Of a DNA stretch of 51,712 nucleotides, positions 47,059 to 51,712 are shown piece after piece (the stretch's first letter is position 1; every line of letters starts with the position of its first letter). Position numbers and translations under genes: made by a program. The stretch is from assembly GCA_031409335.1 (NCBI GenBank), contig JANNWY010000111.1, positions 1-51,712 on the forward strand. The letters run 5' to 3'. The DNA is from Chthoniobacteraceae bacterium. Its GTDB lineage: Bacteria; Verrucomicrobiota; Verrucomicrobiia; Chthoniobacterales; Chthoniobacteraceae. The notes under the pieces are model-generated. The model did not search any database and was not told where the DNA came from. It worked only from the letters and a program-made list of their open reading frames with translations.

Positions 47059-47081
47059 CTCTCCGGGCAGCCGGGTATGCC

Positions 47082-47110
47082 TTGACAGTTTTGCATATGC
47101 GAAATAGATG
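47082..47110 (+). promoter_or_regulatory. Sigma70-type promoter with an IclR-type operator palindrome in the spacer
   Basis: TTGACA (47082-47087), 17 bp, then TAGATG (weak -10). The spacer contains TTTTGCATATGCGAAA (47089-47104), a near-perfect palindrome. Confidence 0.6.
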
Positions 47111-47116
47111 CCGTAT

Positions 47117-47899
47117 ATGAAAACAGCGCGCATTGAAACCAGCGACGTGCCCGCATTCGACCGCGGGCTGGATGTGCTTGAGCACTTGGCCCGGACCAGC
47201 GGCCTCGTGAGCATTACGGACATTGCGGCCGGGACGGGGCTTCCGGTGAATGCGGTGTTCCGACTCATGCAGGCGCTCTTGCGGCGGGGATATGTGTCCC
47301 GTGAGGAGGAGACGAAACGTTTCCGTCTGACGGGAAAGTTGCTCGAAATTTCCCAGCCTCATGTGATGGAAATCAATCTCGGGGCGCTGGCACTCGGACC
47401 GATGCGCGAGCTTCGTGACCAGTCGCGTGAGACGGTGCAGTTGGGCGTCCGCTCGGAGGATGAGGGCGTGGTGATTGAAAGGCTGAACGGACTCCATGCC
47501 TTGCGCATCGGGGTGGAAGTGGGGTTGCGGTTTCGGCTGTATTGCAGTGGCCCCGGCAAGGCGCTGCTGGCCTTTCAACCGGAAAAAGTCCGGGCCGCAG
47601 ACATCAAGCGGTTGAAACTGGAGCGTTTCACCTCCCGGACTATTACGGAGCGGGCTGAACTCACGCGGGAATGCCAGCGCATTGTGGGCCGGGGATACTC
47701 CACGGACCAGGCGGAGACGGAAGAGGGTATTCATTGTGTGGCTGCGCCTGTCTTTGACCGTCATGAGCAACTGTTAGCGGTCGTCTGGGTCTCTGCTCCC
47801 TCGCGGCGAATGCCGAGGGAGGATTTTGCTTCGATGGCTCCTTCCGTGGTTGCCGCAGCCACCGAAATAGCCCGCAAGGTGAAGGGGGCAAACGGATGA
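47117..47899 (+). CDS. IclR-family transcriptional regulator (alternative ATG at 47108)
   Basis: VPAFDRGLDVLEHL..SITDIA..GLP..AVFRL; ETVQLG; YCSGPGKALLA; GYSTDQAE..EGIHCVAAPV. Confidence 0.93.
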   Translation: MKTARIETSDVPAFDRGLDVLEHLARTSGLVSITDIAAGTGLPVNAVFRLMQALLRRGYVSREEETKRFRLTGKLLEISQPHVMEINLGALALGPMRELRDQSRETVQLGVRSEDEGVVIERLNGLHALRIGVEVGLRFRLYCSGPGKALLAFQPEKVRAADIKRLKLERFTSRTITERAELTRECQRIVGRGYSTDQAETEEGIHCVAAPVFDRHEQLLAVVWVSAPSRRMPREDFASMAPSVVAAATEIARKVKGANG

Positions 47900-50800
47900 A
47901 TCGCAGCCCGGCAGTCATTGTTTTTTCGTGGCTGGCTGCGGTCTGTTCCACCGCCCAGTCGGCGCCGGATTTTGTGAAAGACGTGCGGCCTATTTTGCAG
48001 CGCAGTTGCTATGGCTGTCATGGGCCGGAGAAGCAGAAGAATGGGTATCGGCTGGATGTGCGGGACATTGCCATCAAGGGCGGTGAAAGCGGGGAAGCGG
48101 CGATAGTGCCTCACGACGCGAGGAAGAGTCCGCTCATCCGCTATGTGAACGGCGAGGATGAGGAAATGCTGATGCCTCCAAAGAAGAGCGACAAACGGCG
48201 GCTCACGGCGACGGAGGTGGAGACGCTGCGGGCGTGGATTGATGCGGGGCCGAGCTGGCCGGATGAATTTGCAGGCACAACGGACACGAAGCCGCATTGG
48301 TCCCTCATTCCACTGGTGAAGCCTGCGCTGGCTTCTGCAAGTGGGAATCCGATTGATGGGTTCATCGTGGCAAAGCTCGCGGAGAAGAAGCTTTCGCTCT
48401 CGCCCGAGGCTGACCGGCGGACGCTGGTGCGACGTTTATTCTACGACCTCACCGGCCTGCCACCGACGCCGGATGAAGTAGAGTCGTTTGCTTCGGACCG
48501 GGACCCGCAGGCTTATGAAAAGCTGGTCGCGCGTCTGCTCGCCTCGCCGCGCCACGGCGAACACTGGGCGCGGCATTGGCTGGATGTGGCGCACTATGCG
48601 GACACGCATGGCAATGACCACGACCACGCCCGGCCCAATGCGTGGCCGTATCGCGACTACGTGATTCGCGCTTTCAACGAGGACAAGGCTTACGCCCGTT
48701 TCGTGCAGGAGCAGGTGGCTGGCGATGCCTTGTTTCCCACGGACCCGCAGGCCACGGTGGCGCTTGGTTTCCTCGCCGCCGGGCCGTGGGATGAGACGCT
48801 GATGGTGGGCGTGCGCGAAGATACCTTCGACCACCGGCTCGCGCAGGTGCTGGACCGCGATGACATGGTGACGACGGTGATGAGCACTTTTCAAGGCCTC
48901 ACCGTGCACTGCGCCCGCTGTCACAATCATAAGTTCGATCCCATTTCGCAGCGGGATTACTACGCGCTGCAGGCGGTCTTCGCGGGCGTGGACCGCGCGG
49001 ACCGGCCTTACGATGCGGACATGGCGACGCATGGCCGGCGGCGGGATCTGCTGGCGCGAAAAGCGGCCATCGCCCGGCGGGATGCGACGCTGCTGACATC
49101 GCTCGACGCACCGGAGATGCAGCGGAAGGTGGCGTCCATCGCGGAGCGGCAAGCGAGGCGCAGCGAGGCTTGGCAGCCGCTCGACGTGGTGAGCGTGACG
49201 AGCGCGACCGGCGTGGAGACGAGCTTTGCGAGGCAGGTCGATGGCTCGTGGTTTGTGAGTGGCGCACGGACTGACAAGGACACGTTCATCGTGACTGCGC
49301 AGACAAAGGCGAAAGACATTCGCGCCCTGCGTCTGGAGGCGCTGCCGGATGAGCGACTGCCGGGCAAAGGGCCGGGGCGCTATGACCCGGCGGGAAATTT
49401 TCACCTCACGGAGTTTCGCGTGGACGCACAGCCGAGCGGCGGCGAGACGGCGGGCGCGGTGAGGGTCGAGTTTGCCCGCGCGACGGCGGACCACAGCGAC
49501 CGTGGCGATGTCATCGCGAATGCCATTGATGGCCGCGCCGACACGTATTGGAGCATCAATCCGCGCTACGGCGAGGCGCATGAGGCGGTATTTGAATTCA
49601 AAGCGCCGCTTAGTTATGACGCAGGCACTACCTTCATCGTGCGGCTGGAGCAGAATGGGATGGCGGCGCATCAGCTCGGGCGTTTCCGGCTGACTTTTTG
49701 CACCGGCGCGCTCCCGGCGGACCAGCGTGAGCCGCTGGCCGCAGTGGTGGCTGATTTATTGCGCAAGCCGGAGGCTCAGCGCACGCCCGAGGAGCGACGC
49801 GAACTTGCGCTGCAAGTGCTCTCGGCGGAAGTGGAGCGCGAACTCGCCGCGCTGCCCGCACCGCAGATGGTCTATGCGGCCACGCGCGATTTTCCCGCAA
49901 ATGGCAGCCACAAACCCGCGCCGGTGCCGCGCCCGATTCACTTGCTCACGCGCGGCGACCTGAACCAGCCTGCGGAACTCATCGGCCCCGGCGCACTGGC
50001 TTGTTTGCCGGGTCTTGAGGCCACGCTGCCCATCGCGGATTTGAACGAGGAATCCGCCCGCCGGGCCGCGCTCGCCCGCTGGCTCACGGATGACCGCAAC
50101 GCTCTGCTGTGGCGCAACATCGTGAACCGCGTGTGGCACTGCCACTTCGGGCGCGGACTGTGCGACACACCGAACGACTTTGGCAAAATGGGCGGCACGC
50201 CCTCGCATCCCGAGCTGCTCGACTGGCTGGCCGTGTGGTTCCGCGACGAGGCGCATGGTTCTTTGAAAATGCTGCACACGCTCATCGTCACCAGTGCGAC
50301 CTATCGGCAATCCGTGACGCATCGCGAGGATGCCGTGACGCTCGATGCGGACAATCGCCTGGTCTGGCGCATGAATCGCACGCGGCTCACCGCCGAGCAG
50401 GTGCGCGACAGCCTGCTGCAAATGAGCGGTCAGCTCGACCTCGCGATGGGCGGCCCGGCGGCCGTGCAGTTCGTCCATCGCGGCAAGGCGACCTTCATGC
50501 CCGATGGCGGCGCACCCGCGTTTCTCGACTACGAAGCCTTCCCGCCCGATGCGCCGGAGAATAGCCGCCGTGCCATCTACCGCTTCGTTTTTCGCACCGT
50601 GGCCGACCCTCTCATGGACGCGCTCGATGCACCTGATGGCGGTGTGCTCACGCCCGTCCGGAGTCAGTCCACCACGGCGTTGCAGGCCTTCGCGCTGTTG
50701 AATAACGCGTTCATCATCCGCCAGTGCGAGCACATCGCGGCACGGGTGGAAAAGGATGCGCCGGCCAACACCACAATCTTCCGCACTTTCCGCCTGCTGC

Positions 50801-50919
50801 TGCAACGCGAGCCGAACGCCGATGAACTCACGCGCTTCACCGCCTACGCGCAAACCCACGGCCTCGCCAACGCCGTCCACGTCATCCTCAACAGCAATGA
50901 ATTTCTCTACCTCGACTAA
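47896..50919 (+). CDS. PSD1 / planctomycete cytochrome C protein (PSCyt1 + DUF1549 + DUF1553) with central beta-sandwich inserts
   Basis: CYGCHG; HGEHWARHWLDVAHYADT; CARCHNHKFDPI; HPELLDWLA; RTRLTAEQVRD; NSNEFLYLD. Confidence 0.93.
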   Translation: MNRSPAVIVFSWLAAVCSTAQSAPDFVKDVRPILQRSCYGCHGPEKQKNGYRLDVRDIAIKGGESGEAAIVPHDARKSPLIRYVNGEDEEMLMPPKKSDKRRLTATEVETLRAWIDAGPSWPDEFAGTTDTKPHWSLIPLVKPALASASGNPIDGFIVAKLAEKKLSLSPEADRRTLVRRLFYDLTGLPPTPDEVESFASDRDPQAYEKLVARLLASPRHGEHWARHWLDVAHYADTHGNDHDHARPNAWPYRDYVIRAFNEDKAYARFVQEQVAGDALFPTDPQATVALGFLAAGPWDETLMVGVREDTFDHRLAQVLDRDDMVTTVMSTFQGLTVHCARCHNHKFDPISQRDYYALQAVFAGVDRADRPYDADMATHGRRRDLLARKAAIARRDATLLTSLDAPEMQRKVASIAERQARRSEAWQPLDVVSVTSATGVETSFARQVDGSWFVSGARTDKDTFIVTAQTKAKDIRALRLEALPDERLPGKGPGRYDPAGNFHLTEFRVDAQPSGGETAGAVRVEFARATADHSDRGDVIANAIDGRADTYWSINPRYGEAHEAVFEFKAPLSYDAGTTFIVRLEQNGMAAHQLGRFRLTFCTGALPADQREPLAAVVADLLRKPEAQRTPEERRELALQVLSAEVERELAALPAPQMVYAATRDFPANGSHKPAPVPRPIHLLTRGDLNQPAELIGPGALACLPGLEATLPIADLNEESARRAALARWLTDDRNALLWRNIVNRVWHCHFGRGLCDTPNDFGKMGGTPSHPELLDWLAVWFRDEAHGSLKMLHTLIVTSATYRQSVTHREDAVTLDADNRLVWRMNRTRLTAEQVRDSLLQMSGQLDLAMGGPAAVQFVHRGKATFMPDGGAPAFLDYEAFPPDAPENSRRAIYRFVFRTVADPLMDALDAPDGGVLTPVRSQSTTALQAFALLNNAFIIRQCEHIAARVEKDAPANTTIFRTFRLLLQREPNADELTRFTAYAQTHGLANAVHVILNSNEFLYLD

Positions 50920-50922
50920 GCC

Positions 50923-51712
50923 ATGACCACACTTACCCGCCGCGATTTTCTTGGCACTCTGAGCACTGGGCTGGGCGGCATCGCGCTCGCGTCGCTGCTG
51001 CCACGCGATGCCTTCGCTGCGGCGGCGCTGCATCACGCGCCAAAGGCGAAGCGCGTCATCCAGCTTTTTATGAATGGCGGCGCGAGCCAGTGCGACCTCT
51101 TCGACTACAAGCCTCAACTCATCGCGCGGCACGGGCAGGTCTTTGATCCCGGCACCGGCGAGCGGGTGGAGGCCAGCATCAGCACGCCCGGCGCGGTGAT
51201 GAAGAGTCCCTTCGAGTGGGCGCAGCACGGGCAGTGCGGGCGCTGGGTGAGCAGTGCGCTCCCGCACCTCGCGAAGCAGGTGGATGACATGGCGTTTCTC
51301 ATGGCCATGCAGTCGAAGTCGAACGTCCACGGTCCGGCTTCCTATTTGCAGACGAGCGGTTTCCTCTTGCCGGGATTTCCGTGTGCGGGCGCGTGGATTT
51401 CACACGCGCTGGGAAGCCTGGCGGACAATGTGCCGGCGTTCGTGGCCCTGCCGGATTCCCGCGGCCTGCCTTACAACGGGCGCAGTGCGTTCACTTCCGG
51501 CTTCCTGCCCGCCAACCACCAGGGCACGGTTATCAATGCCGCCGCTCCGCAGCCGATCACACATCTGCATCCGCCCGAATGGGCGAAGCACATCACTCCC
51601 GAGAGTCGCGCCGAAGGCCTGGATCTCCTCCGCGGATTGAATGAAACCCACGCCGCGCACCACCCTGACGACAGCCGCCTGCAAGCGCGCCTTCAGAGTT
51701 ACGAGCTCGCCG
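50923..51712 (+). CDS. DUF1501 domain protein (Tat-exported), truncated by the window end
   Basis: ATG at 50923, MTTLTRRDFLG...; AKRVIQLFMNGGASQCDLFDYKP; no stop seen before the window end. Confidence 0.9.
   Translation, partial: MTTLTRRDFLGTLSTGLGGIALASLLPRDAFAAAALHHAPKAKRVIQLFMNGGASQCDLFDYKPQLIARHGQVFDPGTGERVEASISTPGAVMKSPFEWAQHGQCGRWVSSALPHLAKQVDDMAFLMAMQSKSNVHGPASYLQTSGFLLPGFPCAGAWISHALGSLADNVPAFVALPDSRGLPYNGRSAFTSGFLPANHQGTVINAAAPQPITHLHPPEWAKHITPESRAEGLDLLRGLNETHAAHHPDDSRLQARLQSYELA

Noticed and set aside
8933..51330. Many long minus-strand and alternate-frame ORFs (e.g. 8933-10993, 15327-17324, 34186-35922, 37439-39262, 49756-51330)
   Set aside because: Arg/Ala/Pro-rich shadows of GC-rich coding genes with no recognisable motifs.

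Overview
GC-rich bacterial window, most likely PVC superphylum and probably Verrucomicrobiota. This is inferred from DUF1549/DUF1553 + DUF1501 pairs, a PEP-CTERM protein and a CotH/lamin-tail protein; no database search was run. (1) 1-2645 is the decayed right end of an integrative element: a frameshifted zeta-toxin-like P-loop gene, a putative HTH/AT-hook DNA-binding protein, a structured leader with a minigene, phased TGTGCC repeats, and the displaced 3' half of a tRNA-Pro(GGG) as att site. (2) 2.7-4.95 kb holds two paralogous XRE regulators and a deletion scar made of gene fragments. (3) 4.96-51.7 kb is almost all + strand and encodes mostly exported proteins: three planctomycete cytochrome-c (PSD1/DUF1549/DUF1553) + DUF1501 modules each next to its own regulator (GntR, AraC, IclR), a sulfatase, a NarL-type two-component pair ahead of a surface-protein cluster, two CehA/McbA-like metallohydrolases, BNR/sialidase-like proteins and a multi-domain glycoside hydrolase. 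The most striking signal is a dispersed ~80-120 bp palindromic element (arms of two 15-nt GACAGAAAAAT units, six copies, all at gene boundaries). In four copies the left arm supplies the ATG of an exported protein (in three also the upstream stop codon) and the right arm encodes the hydrophobic core of its signal peptide. All family calls come from motif recognition by eye.
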